Source: a virus (Duplodnaviria > Caudoviricetes). Taken from it: DNA of 64,000 nucleotides. The notes beneath the pieces are model-generated. The model did no database searches and was not told the origin of the DNA. It worked only from the letters and a program-made list of their open reading frames with translations. This document shows positions 44,436 through 55,900 of this stretch, piece by piece (the stretch's first letter is position 1; each line of letters begins with the position of its first letter). The DNA lies in the IMG/VR virus record IMGVR_UViG_3300019371_000265, positions 1 to 64,000 of that record; one strand, given 5' to 3'. The position numbers were made by a program, and so were the translations under genes.

Positions 44436-44575
44436 GCAGTATTCCTTACTGCGGTCTTAAGCATTTCTAAATGCGGAGCCTCCTTTAATGGGTGACACCT
44501 ATGTTTATTCTTTATTGCTTAAGTCTTGTTTAAATCCCCAGGAGTGCGCCAACACGTTTGTACTGGGGATTATTT
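44436..44575 (+). ncRNA. Candidate plus-strand sRNA with anti-Shine-Dalgarno loop
   Basis: TTGACT (44401)-17-TATAAT (44424) with TG extension; stems CTTAAGCA/TGCTTAAG; CCTCCTT at 44479; terminator 44533-44571. Confidence 0.55.
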
Positions 44576-44932
44576 TATAATCTCTAATTCTATGTATTTG
44601 TCTGGATATGTAATTGCATAATGAATAGTATTAATATCTTCTGTAAATAACACCTCCAATATTCCACTTTTAGGTATGTCGTCTAACGTTTCTACATATC
44701 TCCTGATCCTCCTTCCTTGTTTGAACAAACATTTAAATGAAATATCTGTTATAATATAATCTCCAATTTCACGAACCATCTCGTCATAGTTACACTCCCT
44801 CATCGCCGCCTCCGTTTTCGAACGTTTGTTCTTTATTAATCTTATTATAGCGCCATTTTTATCCAGTGTCAATGTATTTTTTCGAACACTGTAAATTTTA
44901 TTTCAAACTATTAAGATGGCAACAGGAGTTGC

Positions 44933-45979
44933 CTATTTATAATAGATGCTGCTCATGATATATGGTCTATAAATTTTTCTAACATCAGTGCCTTTCAATT
45001 TATCTCCAAATTTTTCAGATATTTCTTGTAAAATCTTACACCATTCATCATTTTTATAATCATCGTATTCTACAAATATTTTGCAGAAATTAGTATCACT
45101 ATAATTGTACAATTGTCTTCGCGCAAAGTTTACGAATCCGGATTTATGAAGTAAATCTATGTTTATGTCATCATATTTAGATCCGTATGTTCCATTAATC
45201 GAAAGTAAATGTGGAATTATATCCCGAACATCTTTTGAAATAATTTTTTGTAGAACCACCTTCTTATCTTCATTGAAAGTTTCTATATACTTTTGTAAGT
45301 CCATAGTTTCATTGATTTTGCTTTTAATTAATAATCCATGAACTGACATTAATCTTAATTGATCCAAGAGAACCTTATCTTTTGATACCCTTACTTTAAT
45401 ATATACATTGTCATTAATATATCCATTTATATATGAAAAAAGTAGTTCAGATCCATGAAAGACCCTATTTTTAAATCGAATTGTATTCTCGTCAAAATTC
45501 ACATCGGTTAATTTTATATTCGCAAATTCTTTTGCGTTCCGTATACCCTCAAAAAATCCATACACCAGCATACCATAATAATTTTTATTGTATTCAATGT
45601 CTTTAATAATGTTACGTATGTCTTCCTTGTACAGTATCTTAATATCCTTCTTCTCAATTAGCGTGTTAATCAACATCTTTTGCGATAAGGCATCAAATTC
45701 AGCGAATGGATTTATAAAAGTGTATCCATTATTCACACACCATTCAAAAAATTGGTTCAGGTAACTGATGTTTTCCATGAGATATTGCATGCTCTTAGTT
45801 TTACCACACATATCTTCGATGATTAAATCAACATATTCTTTCACCTTTAAATTAAACAAATCCTTCTCATAAATATATGGCTTCATTAAAAAGGCCTTCT
45901 GTTTATCAGTATATTTCTTGTAATTACAAAAATCTTCTATCATTTTCTTATAGTCTTCTACCGTATATTTAGTACTCAT
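44933..45979 (-). CDS. Degenerate tyrosine-recombinase-fold protein, SPbeta MrpR(YopR)-like repressor
   Basis: FFEWCVNNGY..NPF core-binding domain; GFFEGIR..EFANIKLTDV box I; LHKSG in place of HxxR. Confidence 0.6.
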   Translation of the reverse strand: MSTKYTVEDYKKMIEDFCNYKKYTDKQKAFLMKPYIYEKDLFNLKVKEYVDLIIEDMCGKTKSMQYLMENISYLNQFFEWCVNNGYTFINPFAEFDALSQKMLINTLIEKKDIKILYKEDIRNIIKDIEYNKNYYGMLVYGFFEGIRNAKEFANIKLTDVNFDENTIRFKNRVFHGSELLFSYINGYINDNVYIKVRVSKDKVLLDQLRLMSVHGLLIKSKINETMDLQKYIETFNEDKKVVLQKIISKDVRDIIPHLLSINGTYGSKYDDINIDLLHKSGFVNFARRQLYNYSDTNFCKIFVEYDDYKNDEWCKILQEISEKFGDKLKGTDVRKIYRPYIMSSIYYK

Positions 45980-46008
45980 ATTTAACCTCCTATTGTCTTA
46001 TGTACTAT

Positions 46009-46054
46009 ATCATATCACAATAATAGGAAAAGGTCAATTTTATTTCAATCTACA
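46009..46054 (-). promoter_or_regulatory. Promoter of the MrpR-like gene with repeat B abutting -35
   Basis: TTGACC (46037-46032)-17-TATGAT (46014-46009); repeat B 46037-46054. Confidence 0.65.
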
Positions 46055-46475
46055 TTGCATAAGAAAATGCAAATGAAAACTGTAGTTTAATCGCGTCGCA
46101 TATACGATTTATAACATTTCCATCTTTAATTTCTCCAATCTTACGATATAGACATTCCTTGGGTATAGAATCTGGGCTTTCAATGAGTAAAATACTATCG
46201 CTTTTCAATCCATTACAATCATCTGATGGCATATACACATGAACTGGCGACATCTTGTTTATTTTGGATGAAATCGGATAAATATTTACTTGTGAAGAAA
46301 ATTTATTAAACGTATCGTTAGACATTACCAAAACCGGTCTTCTTCCATACTGCTTGCTGCTCTTGATCCTGTCTTCTGTTTTAGGAATATAGGCATCCCA
46401 AATTTCCCCTCCTAATGGAGTAGGTATCCTCCTATAATTGTCGTCAATTCTATTTTCATTGTGCATATTTCTCAC
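46050..46475 (-). CDS. MazF/PemK-family endoribonuclease, no adjacent antitoxin
   Basis: GEIWDA, QYGRRPVLVMSNDTFN, PISS, GLKSDS, KIGEI. Confidence 0.88.
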   Translation of the reverse strand: MRNMHNENRIDDNYRRIPTPLGGEIWDAYIPKTEDRIKSSKQYGRRPVLVMSNDTFNKFSSQVNIYPISSKINKMSPVHVYMPSDDCNGLKSDSILLIESPDSIPKECLYRKIGEIKDGNVINRICDAIKLQFSFAFSYAM

Positions 46476-46598
46476 CTTATGACCTACTTATATCGGTCAC
46501 TACTCCTCTCACTATTTTTTGTTAGGGATTGTTGGTATAAATAATATCCAAGTCCTGTTTGCTCCGCCAAGAGCATTAGTAATTACTAACTTAATGAG

Positions 46599-46647
46599 AG
46601 TATAGCACATAAAAATATTAATGTCAACAATTTTATTTCAATCTATT
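46599..46647 (-). promoter_or_regulatory. Promoter of the mazF-like gene with repeat B upstream of -35
   Basis: TTGACA (46627-46622)-17-TATACT (46604-46599) with TG extension; repeat B 46630-46647. Confidence 0.8.
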
Positions 46648-47581
46648 ACTTTATTTTTTCTTCGATGGATTTCATGATGTCATTGATAAAATCAATATGG
46701 GATTCTGCATCACAATCGGCGTTTTTAAGTCCAAATTTATATGCGTCTGCGAGTGCATTGCGTAAGTCATTCATGTCAAGTGATACTACATTGCTGTTTG
46801 AACTATTTACGATTTCATTATCTCCCTCTGCATATTCTACGAAGAATTTTCCCATATCTTCCAAGTATTCGTTCACTCTTTCACGAGTAATTCCAACATA
46901 CGCCATTGTTTGTTCGAGAGTACCATGCCCGAACATTGCGCTTACAATCATAAGTGCTCTTGGATCATTTGGGTGTAAATCAATTAAAGTTTTGCCAAGA
47001 AATTTTCGTGTACTATGCGTGTTTACGTTATAGGTTACTCCAACGCTTTTTGCAGCTTTCTTCATGTTCTGTCCACATTGTTTGAGAGTAAATAAGTCAC
47101 CTGGATGAGTATTGCCTCTATTTAGAAAAACATATTGATCATATTCTTCCATTGGCTTGATATCAAACGCCGAGCAATATAACCTTATTGCATTTCTCAC
47201 AGCTTCATTGATGTATGGACTTGCAAATTTATCCGTCTTTTCTTCTTTTATTGTAAGAATTTCCTTTCTAAAGTGACCATTTGGAAGGAAAAATCTTCTC
47301 CAAGTAAAAAGTCTAGTATCTCCGGCTCTTCGTCCCATATTGCAACCAATTACAAACCATAGATAATTTTGCCACATTTTGTGTTCTTTAAAAAATTTAA
47401 GTATATTTCTTGCATCTTCAATAGTAAATGCATAAACTTCAGCTTGTTTGCCTGGCTGCTTATTTAGTACTTTTCCATTTTTAGCATATAACATTTGATT
47501 ATCCACTACAATATAATCATATCCCATTTCTTCATCAAATTTCACATCGTACTCTTTTTTCTTATATGTTATCTTGCTCAT
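46646..47581 (-). CDS. Tyrosine recombinase/integrase with intact catalytic residues
   Basis: MGRRAGD (R), EEKT (K), HSTRK (HxxR), MFGH, TMAYVG (Y); ATG at 47581 after AGGAG. Confidence 0.9.
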   Translation of the reverse strand: MSKITYKKKEYDVKFDEEMGYDYIVVDNQMLYAKNGKVLNKQPGKQAEVYAFTIEDARNILKFFKEHKMWQNYLWFVIGCNMGRRAGDTRLFTWRRFFLPNGHFRKEILTIKEEKTDKFASPYINEAVRNAIRLYCSAFDIKPMEEYDQYVFLNRGNTHPGDLFTLKQCGQNMKKAAKSVGVTYNVNTHSTRKFLGKTLIDLHPNDPRALMIVSAMFGHGTLEQTMAYVGITRERVNEYLEDMGKFFVEYAEGDNEIVNSSNSNVVSLDMNDLRNALADAYKFGLKNADCDAESHIDFINDIMKSIEEKIK

Positions 47582-47597
47582 GACTGCTCCTTTCTGC

Positions 47598-47615
47598 GTC
47601 AAATGTCACATTGAC
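47598..47615. repeat. Junction palindrome (repeat A) immediately upstream of the recombinase RBS
   Basis: GTCAA atgtcaca TTGAC. Confidence 0.85.
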
Positions 47616-47621
47616 TGACTG

Positions 47622-48158
47622 TTAATTATTGTCTAATTCTGATACCATTTTTCTAACTCGTTCTATCTCGCTGCTCGCATGAGGTGTCCCACCTGCATTC
47701 ATATCTATATACCACTGTAGAACTTCTTTTTCGGTTTTAAGATCATTTATGTTTATTTTCATGGTATATCTCAATTTCGGTCTATCTTCAAATTCTGAAA
47801 AATACGTATTAAATATTCGGATTTCATTATTCACAAAACGTTGAAAGGCTGTTATGCGCTGTAGTCCATCAACGCATACATAGTCATTGTATTCATAATT
47901 TTCAACTCTTAAATGCCAATCTGGCTTATTAAAATAGATAATTGTCCCAGATTTACCTCCTTTGAAGAAGTATTCTAAGTATGAGATTTGTTGTTGTTCT
48001 GTCCACACATGCCCTCTCTGGAAATCAGGGTTAAGCTGTAAACCAGATTCCTCTATCTGCTCATTTATCCATTTAACTAAATACTCAATGTCAAAATCGC
48101 ATTGCCAGTTTCCATCTCTGGTGAATTGTGGAATATCTTTAAATCTATTTATTTTCAT
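47622..48158 (-). CDS. Stand-alone DUF262 (ParB/Srx-like, GmrS-type) protein
   Basis: PDFQRGHVW, VDGLQRITA, MNAGGT. Confidence 0.85.
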   Translation of the reverse strand: MKINRFKDIPQFTRDGNWQCDFDIEYLVKWINEQIEESGLQLNPDFQRGHVWTEQQQISYLEYFFKGGKSGTIIYFNKPDWHLRVENYEYNDYVCVDGLQRITAFQRFVNNEIRIFNTYFSEFEDRPKLRYTMKININDLKTEKEVLQWYIDMNAGGTPHASSEIERVRKMVSELDNN

Positions 48159-48189
48159 TTAAAACTCCTTTCTCCGTCAAAGTTATCTT

Positions 48190-51100
48190 CTATGCGATTG
48201 CATAACATTCTTTGCATCTTGCTAATATTTCATTATTATCCATGCTTCTATAATCATCGTTAAAAACACAGATATAATATGGGGTTTTACCTATCGCATT
48301 TGCTATATTTAAAAGTCTTTTATAAACCTTTGTATCTTTTAATTCATCGATATCTATGTTGCCATAAACAAGACCACAAAGACAATGTGTAAAGGTGTTA
48401 GTGTCCGGGTAATATAATACTAAACTAATCACAAATTCACCTCCTCATCAATCTTATATTTTATGTGCTTCAATATAATTCCAATCTACCTGCGTTCTCT
48501 GCGACAAATTCTCAAACGCCACAACATCTCGGAACAAATTTGCCTTCATATAACTGGCTATTTCGATGGCTCGTTGTTTATTTTCCACCACAACAACCTG
48601 CGGACATGTCTTTTTTCTATACACCTTCCCATCTATTGAAAATGCCACTCCATATTTCTCCATAAATATTCCTCCTATATTTTACAGTGTAAATATACAA
48701 TATATCTTGTTCTCTAACCTCAATCCATCTGGAGCCCGTTGTGGTACTACATATAATTCATGGTCATATCCTTGTTTCATAAACTCATAAATAATCTTTA
48801 CTGATTCAGTACAAGTTGTGTCGGTGTACAATACATTCAAGTTATGATTAACCGCATATTCTAAACAATCACCATAAAACGAATGGTCTAGTAATAATGT
48901 ATTATTGTTTCCTTCTTCAAATTTCGGATAATATGTCATATATCCTCCTCACTTATTCAAATATTTTTCTGCTGTCAAATATTTCAATGGCTTCATTGAT
49001 AATAAATCCACACGGATATAATTCCTTTCCTTCTATAATAAAATTATGTAGTTCTTCTTCTGATTCAAACCATTTATAAGTCTCAATTCTTCCAAACCCA
49101 TTCGGATCTGGAACTGAAAATGTTAGTAGAAAGTTGTTCAAAATTAATTCCTCCTTATATTCTATGTGCCTATATAGGCATTATATCTATCACTTTGTTA
49201 CAATAAATTTTAACAGATTCATCACCACAATCAAGTCTAAAATATTCTCCATCAGGTTCTACACTTGTCAATGTTCCTTGTATTATTTCATCATTTGTTT
49301 TTACTTTCAAACTGTCTCCTTCAGAAAAGCGACATACTGAGCCGCCAAGTTTAAATTTATATTCTTTTATGATTTCCAGCATAATATCTCTCCTATTATT
49401 ATTTTATTCCTCTTCCTCTTTATTTAATTGATCTGACCAATTACTGTTTAGGATTCTATTAATTTTTACCCTTTCTGGAGTGAGTATATCAATTAATAAT
49501 TTAACAATGTTGCGCAGTTCATTTCTATTAAGGTTATTAGTGATGTCGTCTATTTCCTGTGGAGTTTGTGCTTTCAATATAGTCTTTTCAATTTCAAATA
49601 TATTCATATAAACCTCCCTGCCAAATAATCCTTTTACTTACGCCTACATATTTTAATCTGATCTCTGGTGAAAATCGGAATACTATTCGTTCCGTTTGCA
49701 ATAGCAACATAATAATACGTGCCATCAAAATTATTTATTATTCCCCACTCATTATAGTAGATACTGTCTTTATCTTTAATGAAGCATTTTAAACCAATAC
49801 ACTTATTAATTTAGAACACCTCCGTTTCATCATCAAAGAATCATTTTATGCACCTATTTGTGTATTCATTTTCTCCTAATTCTTCATCTTCCAATGTCAT
49901 ATACAATCCCTCAACTATTCTGTCCATTATTGTGGTTAATCTTGTTTCGTCATGAGTACTATATTCGTCCGGGTGATATAAACTATATCCAATTCCAAAT
50001 AAAGGGTTTTCTCCTTTGAATTCTTCGGTTAAACATTTTATAATATTTTTCTTTGCTATTTTAACATCTTGTTTTGTAAGCATTTATTAATCCTCCATTT
50101 TTCAACATATATAACTTTTATTTTAAATACCTCAAAAACGTTCTGGTTTTCTTTTTAACCAATGCGTCACAAATTTTTTTCACATTTTCATATTGATATT
50201 CATATGGTCTGTCGTCATATACATTTAATACTCTAACTCTCGAATCGTCTGCTTTAAAACATAACTTTAAAGAGTAGAATAAAATTCCATCACAAAGAAT
50301 GCAGAAAATTTTGATAGGTTTTGAATTACTGCCTCCTAAAAGACTGCTAAGCATTTCGACCTCAGCATATTTTATTCCCCTTATCTTTTTGGCTTCAGGC
50401 ATAAGTATCTTTTTTAAATACATATCGTACAGTAAATCAAGATTGTAGTTACTTATTAGATTTTTTATTATTTCTTTCCCATAGAATTTCGTATAGTTAT
50501 TTGCAGCCGAAGTATGATGCCTTTCTGAAAATTTTACACAATTCTTATCTATCAGCCATTTAAAAAATTCTAATGAATAATTAAAGCCATAATCTTTTAA
50601 TTCCTGTATGGATATATTTGATTTTGGTTTCAATCCTCTTTGATGTGCGTCTTTTGCGTTAACACTCATCGATCTCCCAATATATCCTTTACCTTTTTTA
50701 ATTTGAGAACCGTAATTCTTGATATTTTTTACTTCACTTTCTAAAATTTCAATTGCTTCGAGATAAGAAATAATATGTTCTTCTTTGTGAAGCGATAACT
50801 TACACTTGTCGTTGTCCAACCATGTAACCCAAGTTTTCTCTTTTGATTTCCAGTTGTACTCTTTTACTAATTCAAGAATTCTATACTTCATAGTGTACAT
50901 ATTCTAAAACTCCTTAAATACTGTAATATTTTAAACAATCATATCTTCTAGTTCTATATAAAATATAGTTTTTATCGTATCAATACTATGTGCCTATTTA
51001 CGTAGTCCCAGGTATAGTTTTCTAATTCGTCCTTAATTTCAAATGGAGTTAACTGTCCGCACCCATCTTTTATTAGAATGTCTAAAACTGCTTTACAATC

Positions 51101-51900
51101 ATTCAATGTTTCTCCCGCATCTTCGATATATGGTTCGATATCTGAAAATGTACTTCCATTTTACCCACAATATGCTACTGCGTATTTTGCCATAGTATTC
51201 CTCTCTTTCTGCCTTACAAGGCTATCAAATCTAACATTTACGGTGTATAACAGTTTAGTTGGTGTTGAGAAAAAATGTTTTTTCGCACTTTTCACACCTC
51301 ATTTTATTACCATATCCAGAATCCTTTTGCTCACAACTACAATAAGGGCATCTGATGTTAGCTTCATAATCTCCGTCAATACTGCATTGTCCTGTTCCTA
51401 GATAAATAGCTTTTTTCAATGTTATCCCCTCCTAAAAATCCTAATTTATTTAATCCACATATCTGGATTGTTCTTGTGCAGCTCATTGTGAAACTTGACG
51501 AAATCACGATTTCTCTTTGATGATTTCCGGTTCCTCTGGTCTTCGTCCCAGATTATATAAATGATAGAACAAATAATTACTAAAAATCCTGGCATGTTGT
51601 GTACCGTCCTTTTCGTTTTCTTCTTATTATATCATGCTGCATTAAAGCTGTGCCACTAATTATTACACTTTTCTCTGATTTACGGTGATACATGCTCCGT
51701 GATCTGTTCTGCAAAATTGATCATGTGTTTTACCTCCTGTCCGTCGAATACAACTTTTACTTACTATCCGCTTCTTCAATCTCTGAATCAACCCTAAAAT
51801 TCATCGTTAATTCCATTTGCTTTTGATTCTCCATTTTTATCAGAGCATATACCTCTGCTACCTCCTGACATGTAGTGCAATCTGCATATGCATCTTGGAT
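48190..51900 (-). other. Run of small hypothetical genes
   Basis: ORF track plus RBS; includes an ATT-start ORF 49634-49810. Confidence 0.7.
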
Positions 51901-51953
51901 TTTTACTATTAAATCTTCCACCTGATTATCCTCCTTTTAATTAAATCTCATTT

Positions 51954-52295
51954 TTATTTATTCATATCTTCAATTACTTTCCAGTTGATCTGTTTAAAAA
52001 TTTCATCGGTAAACTCTTCTGCTTCTTCTTTCCAAACACAATAATTTGACTCGCAATGTTCATCAAGGTCATCTCCCCAATCTGAATACCAGTCATTCCA
52101 TTCGCCAGTCTCTTCATCATATTCTTGTAATCCTCCTGCATTAGTATAATCTGGCTTCACTCTGTGTTGCAGTTGAAAGGCATCGTATGCTGCCAATGTG
52201 TCAAGAACTTTCTTTCCTTCTAATACAGAACTAACAGGTACATAAAAAGATTCCATTGGTACCTGTGGAATCCACCATACTCTTAATTTACTCAT
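51954..52295 (-). CDS. P22 gp17-like (superinfection exclusion family) protein
   Basis: KLRVWWIPQVPM..FYVPV..LAAYDAFQ..KPDYTNAGGLQ. Confidence 0.7.
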   Translation of the reverse strand: MSKLRVWWIPQVPMESFYVPVSSVLEGKKVLDTLAAYDAFQLQHRVKPDYTNAGGLQEYDEETGEWNDWYSDWGDDLDEHCESNYCVWKEEAEEFTDEIFKQINWKVIEDMNK

Positions 52296-52507
52296 AATAT
52301 TTATTCTCCTTTTCACTGTCAAATGTGAGTTCTCTTGACTTTACTCAAAGTCTATTACGAAAGTAATTTTCGCGTTCTCTGGGATATGATTAACAATATC
52401 ATCTAACCATGTACCCATTGGATCACCATTTTCATCTTTTTCTGTTTCAATGAATATTAATCGTTCGCCTTTATGTAACCTACCTTCTACAACGTATCTA
52501 CCTTTAC

Positions 52508-52930
52508 TCATATTATACAACCCTCCACTCCCAATACTGCTTTCTCAATCCGTTCCCACTCTTCCGCAGGTATACCACCACAATCATACTTTTCCTGTAA
52601 ATTGTAATAACACTGACGTAAATATCTATCATTATACCAACCCTCGAATAGTTCGTCATGCGGGACTGTTCTGTGATTATCGCATAGCCGATAGACTTTA
52701 TCTAATACGCTTTCAGATGTTCTCATTCCCCTTTTCTTACGTTCTGTATAGATTAACTCTGCGTATGTAGTTAAGTGGTCATATGGGTATAATATGGACT
52801 TATTAACCAGTAAATGATTTGGAGTTCCATTTAATAATATACTTCCTGCAATAGCTGATACTTCGCTCCACTGTCCTTTCAATTGCTGTGTTGGTAACGC
52901 TGGAATTAAATCCTTGTGCCATAATCGCAT
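52508..52930 (-). CDS. Pyrimidine-dimer DNA glycosylase / endonuclease V family
   Basis: MRLWHKDLIPALPTQQLKGQWSE..HLLVN..YLRQCYYNLQEK. Confidence 0.8.
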   Translation of the reverse strand: MRLWHKDLIPALPTQQLKGQWSEVSAIAGSILLNGTPNHLLVNKSILYPYDHLTTYAELIYTERKKRGMRTSESVLDKVYRLCDNHRTVPHDELFEGWYNDRYLRQCYYNLQEKYDCGGIPAEEWERIEKAVLGVEGCII

Positions 52931-52945
52931 TGATAACACCTCCGT

Positions 52946-55900
52946 TTATTTACTGTTGATAGATTCCAATTTCCTAGTCAATTCTTTTTCGGTATAGTCA
53001 AGAATCGTCCTTGCCTGTCTAATTCTTGATAATTGAAACTCTACGTCTCTTTGTAATTCAATGCCGTAAGTTTTGCTCAAGTCTGACATTAAATTCTGAC
53101 CACATAAATATAATTTGGATTCGTCTGCGTGATAAGATGGTGCTAGTTGAACATTATTTCCTGCATTACCCACATAGTAAGTATAGATTCCGCATCTATC
53201 ACTTGATCCATTATGGCAACCGCACATCGCATCTCTAATTGATTCAACGAATTTTTTCGGATTCTCTTCTATGCCATGAAATCCATCATTCAGTATAGTA
53301 ACTGTTGTCATATATCCCATTATTTCACCCCTTCATTCACTGTAAAATATCTCTTTTAATCACACATTTCGTCAACTTTAGTTTTTATATCGTTTCTATA
53401 TTTTTCCCAGAAATTAATTTCACAATTAGAGCAATCGTCACAATTGTGTGCTTCTCTTGATTCTCCTTCAATATAAAAATATGCATATGGACAATGCCCT
53501 TGCGGTACTTTTAATTTTGCATTTAATACATGTAAATTCAATATGATTTCTTTTAATTCTTCTCTGGTTTTCATTTATCCTCCTTATCAAATCACGCTTT
53601 TATGCACAAAAATTCGCCAATTTAATATCTGACATATATCGAGTTTCTCTTGTATTCTCTACGTCATACGTGTATCCCTTTTTAATCATGACTGCCTGTG
53701 CGAGAATGTTTGCTTCCTTTTCGTTGAACGCAACGGTGAATACAGTCAGTTCATTTGTAAATGTAACGATATAATATTTTTTAATCATGATGTTTTATCC
53801 ATTCCTTTCCCTGTCAAATCCTACATTTACGCTATTAATTCACACATAAATAAATCGAAATCATCAAACATAATCTGTTCTTCTAATGCGCATTCATAGT
53901 ATAAGTCATATAAAATCCTGTCGCATTCTGCCGTATCGACATCTATATTGCAAACGAAACACAAAGTAGTGAATAAAGCCCTTGTTTGTTCTGGTATTTT
54001 GTAATCCCAACTATTTTCGATTAAGAAATCATGTAAATATATCATAAGTTTTTCTTTCATTTATTATTTCCTCTCTTCTCTATCCAATTTTGTATTGACA
54101 ATTTTATAATTCATTTAATCCATCTATATATTTTTCACAATCCTCTTTTGAACCTCTGTAATAAACCGCGTCACTATCTGGATTATATTCATCTTTTCTA
54201 ACAGGGAACGCATATATTCCGTCATATCCACATCTTGCAACTACAAGATAAATTTCATGCTCCATATTGTTTTCTCTCCTTCTCTATAAAAGACTTCTTT
54301 GACTGTTCTATTGATTATTACACATCTCTATAAACTGTTCTGTACTCATGGAATTTTCCCACCACTCAACCACCGGAGGATAGCTGTTCTTTCTTTTTCG
54401 GCTGTTTAAATATTTTGTTAGCTGCTTATCGAAATCTCGTAGCTGCTCCGATAAAAATGATGCCCGGATTAATTCAAAATCCTTACATTGTTCTAACTCT
54501 GGATACCGATCCATATGACGCACCCCCGTGTTAAGCTGTTTTAGCTACCAAGCACTCTCCAAACATTTCCATATACTCTACTTCCGTCATGATGCAAGCT
54601 GCCAATTCTGTTCTATAAATTACGTATCTGATTCCTCTTGAAATAAATGTTTCTGGTTTTGTATTCTTCATGTCTGATCTCTCCCATTCTGATTGTTTAA
54701 ATCTTGTTTTTACTCTGCCATGAGTTTATAAATAGTTTCGTTTAATTCATTAAATCCGCAGAATACCATTTCACCTGTAGTAGTATTAGTAAGACAATAT
54801 CCGTATGTATATGTAGTAATTGAGAATCTCATAGAAACAATTTCCTCCATTCTATCTGTTTGAATAGAACCACACTCACAACCCACGTAATAGCCGTTAT
54901 ACCGCCGTTACCGTCCCGATATGATATAAAGTATGGTATAAAAAAAGAAAGCCCAATTAAGGCGCTTCCTACGGTTAAACGGAGTTTGTTAAGTTGCTTT
55001 GTTTTGCCGTTATGTGTTTCTGATCCGTAATTGTACGTATCATCATAAGTCCTTACTACATTAATCATTTTTTTACCTCCCGATTGCACAATAAATTTTA
55101 AAATTGCAGGTACACCAGATAACACAGGCGGTAATATAAATCGTGAATCCAATTAGTGAAAACAGTCCGCTTAAACATGTACCAATTCCCATCATCAACA
55201 ATATTAAAAGTGCAATAATATTTGTTACTATAAATAATTTTCTCGACATAAGACTTCCTCCTATTCACCGTAAAATGTGCTTTTTATCCGGTTGTAATTA
55301 ACCCAGCATTACCATTGCAACCTCTCCAGTATAAGCTAAATTATTTGGATAAAACACCCTTGCTGTTTTATCGTTCTCCCATATAACTCCAAGATTATTT
55401 TCTTGAATTAATTTTTTGCGTTCCTCTTTTGTTAATTCATAAGAATATGCTTCACAATTTCTTTTTTCAATTAATCCACTTTCAAGTAACTCCGTTATAG
55501 ACTCTTTTAAAAATCCTAATTCTTTTATATATGAATATTCTATACTACCACTATACATATATCCATTATTTATATATTCATTTTTAAATATTTCATACAA
55601 CTTAGTTGCATCAATGCTCATAAATATCCTCTCTTTCTGCTATACAAAAGCTATAAAATCTATTCTTTATCGTCATATTGTTCTATAAAACTGTCTCGCA
55701 TCTCTACTATAACCGAACCTTTTTGATTCCGTCCATGAATTACTATACTTATCAAAATACGAAACATACCAACTAATAGGATTAAAATGCGTTCCAAATC
55801 TATCTGTTACAATCTCGTAAATTTGATACAGTGTTTTGGTTTTACATTGCATTAATGTTTTTGTTCCTAAATTCATCATAATAACCTCCTTAATAAGTCT

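Noticed and set aside
46477-46600. Type III toxin-antitoxin (ToxIN-like) tandem RNA repeats upstream of mazF
   Set aside because: No tandem direct repeats are visible.
11860-52322. TTG starts called at 11860, 12683, 37091, 42282, 47602 and 52322
   Set aside because: Each TTG is the arm of repeat A; in most cases an SD plus ATG lies further downstream.
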